A DNA stretch of 64,000 bases from an uncultured Chlamydiales bacterium (GTDB taxonomy: Bacteria; Chlamydiota; Chlamydiia; Chlamydiales; FEN-1388). The DNA is taken from contig CAWGYH010000005.1 in NCBI GenBank assembly GCA_963826935.1, positions 388,981-452,980 of the forward strand, read 5' to 3'. Positions 19,849-28,374 of this stretch are shown here, one piece after another (position 1 is the first letter of the stretch; each line of letters starts with the position of its first letter). Under the pieces are notes generated by a model. That model made no database searches and had not been told where the DNA came from. It saw only the letters and a program-made list of their open reading frames with translations. A program made the position numbers and the translations under genes.

Positions 19849-21192
19849 TTACCTCAATAAGAAGTCGCGTGCTATGATAAGGTTAATATATGTCTCTTGA
19901 CCGGTGGGGTTTTTGTCGGGGTGATACTTGGCAGCAAGCTTGCGAAAAGCGCTTCCTATCTCATGAGCTGACGCACCCTCTGCTATATTGAGTCTGGCCA
20001 GCGCCTCATGCCGGCTAAGAGCAGGAGGCTCTCTATGCAAAGCGTTCATAAGATAGGGGACAAGCTTCGCATGGATTAAAGAAAAGGCTATAGACTGAAC
20101 AGACATGCTGACAAAAGCGTGGGTGGGTGCGGCTTTCGGGTCTTTATACATGAGATCGACAGCTTTAGCTATGCTTTGGCGAACAGCGCTTGCTGCAACG
20201 TAGGCAATAGCCGACTCTCCAACTGTTTGCATGCTCCATCCTGACAGTAAGCAGTTCATGCCAACAAAGACTGCGGCTTCGACGATGTGATGTATGGCAG
20301 GCAGCAATTGGAGCGTCGTTTTTTCATCTACGTTCAGGTAATCAAGTGCCGACATCCAACGATCTGCCCCCGGCATTACGGCTTGCGAAACAGAATTGAG
20401 AAAGCTATAAGGAGTGCCTATTAAGCCCCACAGGGCAATATCGCGCCCCAAATGAACAGCGGCAGTGGCCACCTTTTCCATGGCAAGGTAAGGCCCCTCC
20501 CTAGGCGTTTGGAGCGAAGGGAAATTTTGCAGGGCCCTTTCGCGGCTTTCTACAATATGGTTTGCAGATTGTACATAGTGGTTATTGGTAATAAAACGAA
20601 GAGCACTCGAAGCGTAGTCTGAAACCCTGCCTATTCTCCCGAGCAGCTGGCTTTCAATGTCTTGAATACGCACTTTCATACGCTGTTTTTTTTCCACAAC
20701 GGTTTGAACCAGCTCTTCGGGAGAAAGAGTTTTTTGATAAAGCTCGATACAGGCCTGAAGTGCCATGCGTGTATGAGCAGCATCGGAAAAATACCCCCGA
20801 AAAAAAAGATCCTTCACCGTGTAAAGAAAATCCTTTAACTTAAGTGCGCTCTGAACGGTATCTTGCTCGAAAAGCGGTTCATTAAGTATCAGCTGACATT
20901 GCCACTGGTCATAGAGCGACAAGCCTTCGGCCTTTTTAACAAGCTCGTCAAATTTCGCCCCGCAATGGCGTTTAACAACAAAACTCTTCTTAAATAGATC
21001 CAACTCCTTGCGCCAGCCTGCCTCTTTTTCGGCCTCTTTTTTGATAACCGAGTCAAAGAGTTCTGTAAGTACCGGGCCAAGGCCTCTCTTCACATGAGCA
21101 ATTATACTGCTCTGCCGCTTAGGTGCTTCTTTCCCGAGCAAGCTACGAAGTTCCTGGGCGAGAGTTGGCTCTCTTTTTTGGATTGCTGACAT
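19849..21192 (-). CDS. Membrane-associated protein with a C-terminal J domain
   Basis: The last ~60 aa, LSRHEALARLNIAEGASAHEIGSAFRKLAAKYHPDKNPTGQETYINLIIARDFLL, contain the HPD motif. Hydrophobic segments lie in the central and C-terminal part. Confidence 0.7.
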   Translation of the reverse strand: MSAIQKREPTLAQELRSLLGKEAPKRQSSIIAHVKRGLGPVLTELFDSVIKKEAEKEAGWRKELDLFKKSFVVKRHCGAKFDELVKKAEGLSLYDQWQCQLILNEPLFEQDTVQSALKLKDFLYTVKDLFFRGYFSDAAHTRMALQACIELYQKTLSPEELVQTVVEKKQRMKVRIQDIESQLLGRIGRVSDYASSALRFITNNHYVQSANHIVESRERALQNFPSLQTPREGPYLAMEKVATAAVHLGRDIALWGLIGTPYSFLNSVSQAVMPGADRWMSALDYLNVDEKTTLQLLPAIHHIVEAAVFVGMNCLLSGWSMQTVGESAIAYVAASAVRQSIAKAVDLMYKDPKAAPTHAFVSMSVQSIAFSLIHAKLVPYLMNALHREPPALSRHEALARLNIAEGASAHEIGSAFRKLAAKYHPDKNPTGQETYINLIIARDFLLR

Positions 21193-21380
21193 ATAAAACC
21201 GTCCTAAATAGGGGGCGAAAGTATATCACGACTAAGACTTTAGTGTAAGCTCCCTTGCATTTATGTAAAGTAAGCCAAAAACGACCCCATGCACGCCCTG
21301 CAATGGCTCATGTAATTTTGCTTGCGACTAAGTACAGCTTTTGCGATTCTGTTCTTACATCGCATATTTAGGAGGTGTAT

Positions 21381-21773
21381 ATGTCATTTACTTTAGAAAG
21401 TATTCGTCGAGATTTTGTAGCACAAAGTCCAGAAAAAGTGGCCGTGAAAATGGCACAAGGATTTATCGCTACTGCGGTTATTCACCTGGTTAGTGGTTCT
21501 GCAAGAAGAGTGATGTTTTTAGGAGCGGCTACAGCTGCATTTGGCACGCTCGTAAATGCGGTTGTGCAGCCAGTATTTCGCAATATCTTTAAAAATTCTC
21601 CTTTTATTGCAGATATAACTTCTTTTATCATCTCTGGTTCCGTGGCAATGACAGTTGCAATCTCAGTGGCCCCAGCGCTTGGAACAACTTTTGTCCTAAG
21701 TAACGCTGCCCTAGGAATACTTGCATCTTTCCTTATTAACCAAGGAGATACAATGTATGCACACGTATTCTAG
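21381..21773 (+). CDS. Small Inc-like membrane protein, tandem paralog 1
   Basis: RBS ggagg at 21371, then ATG 21381. Shares KMAQGF.ATAVIHL..G..R.V...GAATAAFGTLV.A.V.P.F and APA.GTTFV.SN..L..LA.FLINQ with the next gene. Confidence 0.65.
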   Translation: MSFTLESIRRDFVAQSPEKVAVKMAQGFIATAVIHLVSGSARRVMFLGAATAAFGTLVNAVVQPVFRNIFKNSPFIADITSFIISGSVAMTVAISVAPALGTTFVLSNAALGILASFLINQGDTMYAHVF

Positions 21774-22041
21774 AAAGGCATGAATAGTTCCCGCGCTAAT
21801 TATCGCACCCGCTTTAGCCGCCCTCACCGGCTGGATCCTCCGCAAAAGGTACGGCGAATTCGGCTGCAAGCCCTCCCGCACCATGCTCCCTCTAAAAGGC
21901 GCACACGAAATCGCCAACGTCTCCACCGACTTCTGAAAAAAATGGCCCCACGATTAACTCACAATGGATCATTTAATTCAGCTTGCGACAAAGTGCAACT
22001 TTTGCGATGCTGCTCATACATTATGAATTTAGGAGTTTTAT

Positions 22042-22431
22042 ATGGCAGTTGCTTTATATGATATTCGACCAGATTGTACACAGAGTCTATGTAAAATCGC
22101 CTTGAAAATGGCACAAGGGTTTTCCGCTACTGCGGTTATTCACCTGATTTGTGGTGCTACAAGAAGCGTGACACTATTTGGAGCGGCTACAGCGGCATTT
22201 GGCACACTTGTCGATGCAGCAGTGCGCCCAATATTTCAAAAGCTCTTTAGGGAATCTCGTTTTGTTGCAAATGTATCTACTCTTGCCGTCTCTTCTGCTG
22301 TGGCAGTTTCAGTTGCAGTTGCTGTGGCCCCAGCGGTTGGAACAACTTTTGTCGTAAGTAACGTTGTCCTATCAGTACTTGCATTTTTCCTTATTAACCA
22401 AAATGACAGAGTGGTGGCGCACGTATACTAG
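22042..22431 (+). CDS. Small Inc-like membrane protein, tandem paralog 2
   Basis: It is collinear with 21381-21773 over the whole length by eye. The ~70-nt upstream leader is also duplicated (gcttgcgacWaagtRcaRcttttgcgatKctg...tttaggag). Confidence 0.65.
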   Translation: MAVALYDIRPDCTQSLCKIALKMAQGFSATAVIHLICGATRSVTLFGAATAAFGTLVDAAVRPIFQKLFRESRFVANVSTLAVSSAVAVSVAVAVAPAVGTTFVVSNVVLSVLAFFLINQNDRVVAHVY

Positions 22432-22509
22432 ATGCGCATGATTACTAGTTCGACTTCGTGTTTTAACAGAGCGTAAATTTCTAAGTCTAGCCCAACTTTT
22501 TTGAGTATT

Positions 22510-22625
22510 TCGTCCTCCTATACGGAGGACGAGACGTTCAAACTCCAGGCACGCTGAAGGCGAGCGGTATAGTAAAGATTAAAAAACTCTCAAGCGTTCA
22601 CCTAAATTGCTCATAAAAATCATGC
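22510..22625. repeat. ~100-nt repeat family C100 (hairpin cgtcctcctatacggaggacg + caaactccaggcac...ctgaagRcg...gttatagtaaag...aagcgttcac)
   Basis: Copies lie at 22510-22625, ~29680-29765 (lacking the 5' hairpin) and 54322-54410. The tail cacctaaattgctcataaaaatcatgcc recurs at 23487-23520. Confidence 0.75.
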
Positions 22626-22988
22626 CTGTATGCGAATGTGGGGCACTTATTTGTAGTGATCGAATCAATCGAATCAGCTCAAATCAAGTGATTCAGCTAA
22701 ATCTTTTACGAAATTTTCCTGATAAAATCCGCCCTATTTTTCCAGCGGCAGCTGGAGGACAGCTTTAGCCCCGCCTGCAATGGAAGGCCGGTGAGGCCTG
22801 TAATGGAACGCGGGGTTCGGGCGCTCTACCTTGCAGAGAGCAGTGGTAACTGCGACACTGGCATGTTATTGCTCTATATGGACGTGGCATCCTAACCCCT
22901 TATCTCAAAAGGTCAATCTGGGTTGTTTTCCCAAAATATCTCTTTGTCATTAATTGCAAGATTTGTATAGAGTTCAATGTCATTTTTT

Positions 22989-23178
22989 GTGATCGGGGCC
23001 GGCCCTTTCGATCTTTCGATTCTTGTTGTTATGAACCAAGTTTAAAATCCAAATTTTTCAGGTCGAAGCATGCATCTCCCATTTGACTGCCTGAGCTGAA
23101 GAGCGGTCAGGCTTACGGCGTCGCAAAGCGACCTCCTGAAAAATCAAAATCGAAAGACCGAAAGGGCCGGCCCCAACC
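22989..23178. repeat. Inverted pair of GGGCCGGCCC-core elements
   Basis: gatcggggccggccctttcgatctttcgattc is mirrored by aaatcgaaagaccgaaagggccggcccc. Further copies lie at 23466-23490, 23897-23965, 25287-25307, 26894-26937 (tandem) and 58151-58175 (degenerate). Confidence 0.85.
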
Positions 23179-23521
23179 ACCAACCACCAACCAATCAGGG
23201 AGAGGTTGAGGTTGTCAACAAAAACAAGGGCATCTTTTTGTAAAATTTCGCAAAAAGATGGCCTTGTTTTTGCAGTTTTCTGTAAAAAGATGGGGTTGTT
23301 TTTGGGCATGGGGTCACAGTTTGCAAGAACAGGATCATTCTTTAACTAAGGGTGCGTGCATTGTGCATATCTTCCAAGTTATGCCGCACAGCCCTTTTTA
23401 TTACGCTTTTAAGCATTCCTAATGATTCCGAACCGGTTGAGAGCCCGAGCATTGACTATTTCTTATGATCGGGGCCGGCCCCGATCACTCGAATTGCTTA
23501 TAAAATCATGCCCAATACCGT

Positions 23522-23800
23522 TCATTTAAGCTCTCGATCTAAACATTGAAACACAGCTTGTGTTGCGACTTGAAGCCTGTGTCCATCGTTTTGGATTTGT
23601 GTATTCAAGTTTCTGATACCAACTAAATTTATATCGATATTTACATAGTTCACTCTGGACGGGTTGGAAGCTGCATGAGAGAGCGATGCACCTTGTATAG
23701 CTATAGCTTGATTTAAAATAGATTCATTGAGCTGTCGCCGTGCATCGCTGTATGCGGCATACTGTTGTTTACATCTATAATTATCTGTCGGTACTGACAT
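23522..23800 (-). CDS. Small hypothetical protein (92 aa)
   Basis: RBS ggggag, then ATG at 23800 (second ATG of the track ORF). No recognisable domain. Confidence 0.4.
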   Translation of the reverse strand: MSVPTDNYRCKQQYAAYSDARRQLNESILNQAIAIQGASLSHAASNPSRVNYVNIDINLVGIRNLNTQIQNDGHRLQVATQAVFQCLDRELK

Positions 23801-23977
23801 ATACATCTCCCCTTTATTTTGTTATATCTTATAAAAGCATATATGGTTAAGCTAAGGCGGTCAAGAAAAAATGCCGATGCGTGCTTAATGAATGATCATG
23901 ATCGGGGCCGGCCCTTTCGACTGAAAAATCAGAATCGAAAGATCAAAAAGGCCGGCCCCAACCATATTAGAAAAAAA

Positions 23978-25066
23978 CTAGCTTTTTGACCTGACCACCT
24001 TCTTGGCAATATTAGCAGCACAAAAACGAGAGATATTATATTCACCGCAATTATGTAATTGAAGTAACTCTAAATGATTGTCGCCAAACCGTACAGCAAG
24101 TTGAGGATCTTTGTCATCTATAGAACCGTTAGAGATATGAGCAGTACGCAGACTAGGTGGCGTATTGACTAATAGGGCTGTAAAGTTTGTAGTTTCACCT
24201 CTACCACTAAGTTCCAAATTTTCAAGATGAGTGGCATTTTGTAAGCACTTAAACTTAGTGTTTCTCACAGAATCGCTTGATAGTTGAAGATGTAAATGAC
24301 GAAGCATAGGCATAGTATTTACGATATTGCTCAATTGCTCGCTGCCAGAAATCCAACATCTTAAACGTGTTATATTGGTTTTCCCTAGTTCAGGTTTACA
24401 GTCCCATAATAATACGTCGAGTGTATCAAGTGAAGTAAGAGATTTCATTTTTGTTATAAGTGTGCCTAAATCAGCTGCCATAAATCCTTTAGCTATTTTT
24501 TCAACTCGAAGTGATCTAATAGGCAGCAGTGTAAGTAATTCTTCGCGCTCATGAGTTAAAAATGGCAAATCGGGTCTTTGTTTATAACATTCGTCCTGAG
24601 AAATGACAAAACAAAATTTATCTTTTGCAAATTCCTGGGCAACAAGTTCAGCAATTTCTTTATTATTTTTTAAAATCGCGATAAGCTTTTGTTGTGTACG
24701 GCGATCTCCATACCAATATTTTACTATCAATTGCAAAGGTGAAGGCTGTTGTGCGAATGTTTGTTCAATCTCTGCAGTCATTTGTTGCTTTTCTAACTCA
24801 TAAATTTGCTTGCGGACAGATGAAAGTGCTTCGCTGTCAGCATGAGTAAAATGAGAGCGAAGGGTTTGGTAAAAAGCACGTAGCTTGCTTTCTGTGTTAT
24901 CAATACCGCATGATATGCGACCTTCAAGTTCCAAAAGTTGGGGAATATTCATTGTCTTGATTTGTTCTTCTGATGGAACTTTTTGAGCAGGTGCTTCTTC
25001 TTTTGTTGCGATTAATTGTAGCGGTACTAGTCTTAATTCAACGCTTGAGGAACTTGAGGACATATA
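23978..25066 (-). CDS. Leucine-rich-repeat (RNI-like) protein
   Basis: The C-terminal half has repeated L..L.L / L..L.L....i units (LTSLDTLDVLLWDC, LRHLHLQLSS, THLENLELSG, LRTAHISNGS, LELLQLHNCG). The start is placed at ATG 25066 (MSSSSSSVEL), preceded by ggag. Confidence 0.65.
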   Translation of the reverse strand, partial: YMSSSSSSVELRLVPLQLIATKEEAPAQKVPSEEQIKTMNIPQLLELEGRISCGIDNTESKLRAFYQTLRSHFTHADSEALSSVRKQIYELEKQQMTAEIEQTFAQQPSPLQLIVKYWYGDRRTQQKLIAILKNNKEIAELVAQEFAKDKFCFVISQDECYKQRPDLPFLTHEREELLTLLPIRSLRVEKIAKGFMAADLGTLITKMKSLTSLDTLDVLLWDCKPELGKTNITRLRCWISGSEQLSNIVNTMPMLRHLHLQLSSDSVRNTKFKCLQNATHLENLELSGRGETTNFTALLVNTPPSLRTAHISNGSIDDKDPQLAVRFGDNHLELLQLHNCGEYNISRFCAANIAKKVVRSKS

Positions 25067-25421
25067 TACTCCAAAATGAAAGTGTAAAAAGACAGAATAA
25101 TAGCAAATAGGCAATTTATAGAGTATAGCAAAACGGGGTCAGGCCTAGCCCCAGTTTACAAGTTATCTAAAATCGCATTCATATCTTACTGAACTTAAGA
25201 TAGATATAACGAGCTTACGGTTACCCTAACTGGTGCTCTGACTCGTTTTAGGTATGCCCAGAACGTCCATCAACCGCTCTTGAATTGATTAGGGCCGGCC
25301 CTTTCACTTTCACCTGTGACTCGTTTGACCCCATTTTTTGACCCCCGTTTTGTTTTGAAATTGGTTTGTATTAAAATAAGTATGTTTGTACAATAACTTC
25401 TAAATTAAGGAACAAATCAGT

Positions 25422-26474
25422 ATGATTCCATCTGCAACAGCTCGGACCTGTGGTCCATCAAACCCTTCTCTTAATCCTTCTAAAAACGTGGTCGGTCCGA
25501 TCCTTGATCAGACACTTAAAAAACAAGAACTTACGGCACCGGAGCGCTTAGCGTATCATCTCTGTTTAGAGATTAAGGAAGGAAAGGGCCTACTATCCCC
25601 AACGATAGATGCTGTTGACGATAAAGATAAAGTTCATCTTCCTTCTTTAGAAGAACTTGATCCTTTATTTGATCGCCTTGTTTCCCTAGCCTCAGCAACT
25701 AATGGTATCGAATGGCAAATCGCGCACGACCTGAATGATCCTACCCTATTTGGCGCTCTTGTTGAGTGGAGAAAGGAAGTAGAAATGAAACGCGAGGAAA
25801 AGGGGCAAGCTAAATTGCCCGTAAAGTATCATTCAGCACTATCGGGTACATACACTGTTTCAAATGGCTGTGCCAGACATAACATAAAAGTCATTGATAA
25901 TAATGGCGAGCTTTGCATGAGAAATCCATGGGAAATTGCTTTAGAAAGTAATTTACCAGCAGATTTTACAAGGGCCAAACAACTACAACCAAACCCTCCA
26001 AAAACCATCCTATTATCTATAATAAATCACCAAATTGTTCGTGCCATGCAATGGACGTTTAACGATCATGCAAAACTCAGTGTTGAAACTCGAAATTTTG
26101 GAGTACTTCATTGTCTAGTTGAGAGGGCCGCTCCAACTGCTTTTACCGACTCAGGCCCCAATAACATTAATGCTTTGGTTCTCAAAAATTTTGGTAAAAA
26201 TGCAGCCGTAACTTTTGAAGAAGATCCCGAACTACCCACTGCCACAAGCGATCAGATAGCGAGAACAAACCAACAAATCATTGAGATAATGCATTTGACC
26301 CCAGAAGCTGACATCCCCAACGCTCTTGAAACAGCAAATTTTGGTGTTGCCAAGTCTTTAATAACGGCCGCTTCCAAAGAAACACTCTCTGGCGAGTATG
26401 GATCCTTAGCACTTCGGCTTGCAGAAGAAGCAGAAGAGCAGGAGCTGGTTGAAGCGCTTAGAAGAAATCTATAA
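25422..26474 (+). CDS. Hypothetical protein (350 aa)
   Basis: Long ORF with RBS aaggaa upstream. No motif recognised. Confidence 0.55.
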   Translation: MIPSATARTCGPSNPSLNPSKNVVGPILDQTLKKQELTAPERLAYHLCLEIKEGKGLLSPTIDAVDDKDKVHLPSLEELDPLFDRLVSLASATNGIEWQIAHDLNDPTLFGALVEWRKEVEMKREEKGQAKLPVKYHSALSGTYTVSNGCARHNIKVIDNNGELCMRNPWEIALESNLPADFTRAKQLQPNPPKTILLSIINHQIVRAMQWTFNDHAKLSVETRNFGVLHCLVERAAPTAFTDSGPNNINALVLKNFGKNAAVTFEEDPELPTATSDQIARTNQQIIEIMHLTPEADIPNALETANFGVAKSLITAASKETLSGEYGSLALRLAEEAEEQELVEALRRNL

Positions 26475-26501
26475 GGTATAGGCTTAGAGGATAGGAAATT
26501 C

Positions 26502-26547
26502 AAGCATGCGTCCTTCTTCCTCCCGGGGGGAAGAGGGACGCATGCTT
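26502..26547 (+). terminator. GC-rich hairpin 28 nt after the stop of 25422-26474
   Basis: aagcatgcgtccttcttcctccc gggg ggaagagggacgcatgctt. No clear U-tract follows, so terminator function is tentative. Confidence 0.35.
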
Positions 26548-26619
26548 ATCTTCGCTTACGGAAACGGGGTCAGTCCTAGAATGTTGATTTAAGCTCTTTT
26601 TCACATAATAACTTTGCTA

Positions 26620-26876
26620 CAAGATTTGTCCTTGATTGAAGTGCTGTTTTAGAGCCCTGTTGAGGGCGACTGTCTTTAGCCCATAGCGACTGATAGGGAG
26701 CTATGGGTAACAAGAAAACATTCTAGGGAGCCCTTAAGGGCGACTGAACCCCCGCGCACGAAGTCAGTCGCCCTGACGGGCTCTTGATTTTTTTCGCCCA
26801 ACCCATAGCTTCCTCTAGTCGCTATGGGCTATAGGCAGTCGCCCTCAAACGGGCTCAAAAACAAAGGACAAATCTT
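26620..26876. repeat. ~255-bp multi-level palindrome
   Basis: Mirrored pairs: aagatttgtcctt / aaggacaaatctt; gagccctgttgagggcgactg..agcccatagcgact / agtcgctatgggct..cagtcgccctcaaacgggctc; and the inner pair gggcgactgaac / gaagtcagtcgccc. Confidence 0.85.
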
Positions 26877-26966
26877 ACAGAATACTTATTGTAAAAGGGG
26901 CCGGCCCCGATCACGAAAGGGCCGGCCCCGATCACTGTAAAATACACCCTGTTTTTCCAAAACATC

Positions 26967-27239
26967 TTATTTGACCAAACGTTTTATCTTACTCCAATCA
27001 CTTTCTTTGAACTCTAGTTTCAAGCCAATTCTCATGATCTCCTCATACTGTTCTTGTGAAATTAGGATATTATAAAAAGATATGGTTGCTACAATTTCTT
27101 CAAATGCTAATCCCCATTCTAAGTGCGTTATAAATTCAATCAATAACTCTTCATCATGAGAAGAGAGATGTCCTTTCAATATTGGTAGAAGAGCCATAAG
27201 TTCTTGTTCAATAATTTGAAGTTCTTTTGATAAATTCAT
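26967..27239 (-). CDS. MafI-like immunity protein, type B paralog
   Basis: 90 aa. LIEFITHLEWGLAFEEIVATISFYNILISQEQYEEIMRIGLKLEF.ESDWSKIK fits the fi.hgE.GlA.e.l...l.e..i.Is.e.Y..i..iG..m pattern of MafI-family proteins (from memory). Confidence 0.65.
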   Translation of the reverse strand: MNLSKELQIIEQELMALLPILKGHLSSHDEELLIEFITHLEWGLAFEEIVATISFYNILISQEQYEEIMRIGLKLEFKESDWSKIKRLVK

Positions 27240-27262
27240 ACGTGTTTCTTTTGCCTCGCTCC

Positions 27263-27535
27263 TTACTTATCAATAATTAATTCTTTAAGCGGAAGCCAAT
27301 AGCTTTCTTGATGATTCATATCAGTACCAATTTTTTCTATCAGTTCATAAGATTCTTTTGTGATAGGAATGTCATATTCATAGAGCTGATCTACAAGGGT
27401 TTCATAAGCTACGCCTGATTCACCATACATGATACACTCATCAATAAACTTTATATTATGTTCAGGTAATCCTGATTTATTGCTCTCAAAAAGAGATCTA
27501 ACCATTTTTTCAAATGAATCATCGATTTCTTGCAT
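27263..27535 (-). CDS. MafI-like immunity protein, type A paralog (cognate position to the EndoU tip)
   Basis: 90 aa with DDSFEKMVRSLFESNKSGL...FIDECIMYGESGVAYETLVDQLYEYDIPITKESYELIEKIG. It lies 21 nt downstream of the EndoU-like ORF. Confidence 0.7.
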   Translation of the reverse strand: MQEIDDSFEKMVRSLFESNKSGLPEHNIKFIDECIMYGESGVAYETLVDQLYEYDIPITKESYELIEKIGTDMNHQESYWLPLKELIIDK

Positions 27536-27556
27536 CTTTTCTCACCATATAAAAAT

Positions 27557-27835
27557 TTAAGGAATAGGATATGCGGTAATTATCCCTTCACCGCCAGGCT
27601 CAATGATTGCCCGAATATTTATACCTTCTCGTGCCGCCTCTGCACAAAATCTAATGGGTTTACCACGTTTAGTAAATTGGGATCCAGCTTGACCTGTTTC
27701 CTGTATCCATTTAACGCTTGGATCTGTCACAATATCTGAAATATAATGCATAATTTTATCACGGCTCCAAGATGCAGGAAACGGTGTTTTACTCGGCACT
27801 CCAGGCCAAAGATGACCCCCTTTGCCGATCGGCAT
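27557..27835 (-). CDS. Orphan EndoU-family RNase toxin C-terminal domain (no delivery or repeat region attached)
   Basis: GGHLWPG...KTPFPASWSRDKIMHYISDIVTDP...GINIRAIIEPGGEGIITAYPIP matches the bacterial EndoU toxin pattern (K..FP..W....I...isdv..dp ... G..I.V.i.p.g.I.TAyP) from memory. Confidence 0.7.
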   Translation of the reverse strand: MPIGKGGHLWPGVPSKTPFPASWSRDKIMHYISDIVTDPSVKWIQETGQAGSQFTKRGKPIRFCAEAAREGINIRAIIEPGGEGIITAYPIP

Positions 27836-27902
27836 CCTTGTTACTTCACCATTCTATGTGTCGTTATATTACTATTTATATATTTAATTAAAGCTTTTTG
27901 AA

Positions 27903-28187
27903 TCAATGGTCACCCCTTTTGATCAAATGCTTTATCTTATTCCAATCGTTTTCTTCAAACTCCATTTTTAAACCAACTTTTATAATATCCGCATACTGTT
28001 CTTGTGAAATTGGGATTTTATGTAACTTTATAGTTTCGACAATTTCTTCATATGCCAATCCACACTCACAATGTGTGATAAACTCTCGCAATAGCTTTTC
28101 GTCATCTGTGGTTATATACTCTTTCAAGATAGGTAATAACGCGAGAAGTTCTTGTTCAAGGAGTTGAAGTTCATCTGATAAATTCAT
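27903..28187 (-). CDS. MafI-like immunity protein, type B paralog
   Basis: 94 aa, collinear by eye with 26967-27239 (MNLSDELQLLEQELLALLPILK...FITHCECGLAYEEIVETI...ISQEQYADIIKVGLKMEF). Confidence 0.65.
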   Translation of the reverse strand: MNLSDELQLLEQELLALLPILKEYITTDDEKLLREFITHCECGLAYEEIVETIKLHKIPISQEQYADIIKVGLKMEFEENDWNKIKHLIKRGDH

Positions 28188-28229
28188 ACAATAAACCTTT
28201 TATCATGATTAAGTGATAGGAAAAGCTGA

Positions 28230-28337
28230 ATTGGGGCCTGACATTCGCACATTCAACCAAAAGATGTTGACACTTAGCCTGTTATATGTGGCAATAACAC
28301 TCAAATGTCCGAATTCCAAGCTTGACCCCATTTTTGA
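28230..28337. repeat. ~106-nt element (attggggcctgacattcg...aaatgtccgaattccaagcttgacccc)
   Basis: Nearly identical to 38418-38523. Related hairpins lie at 46826-46883. Confidence 0.85.
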
Positions 28338-28374
28338 TTCATTTTATCATCATTTCTTGTCTGAGCGATTGTTT

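Noticed and set aside
23058-23309. 83-aa ORF on the minus strand
   Set aside because: It is composed almost entirely of GGGCCGGCCC-family repeats and a (ccaa)n-like tract. It has no RBS and low-complexity content.
27898-28167. Plus-strand ORFs opposite the MafI/EndoU genes (27530-27739, 27898-28167, 28213-28473, 38419-38604)
   Set aside because: They are shadow ORFs of AT-rich minus-strand genes or read through repeat elements. The minus-strand products form a clear paralog family.
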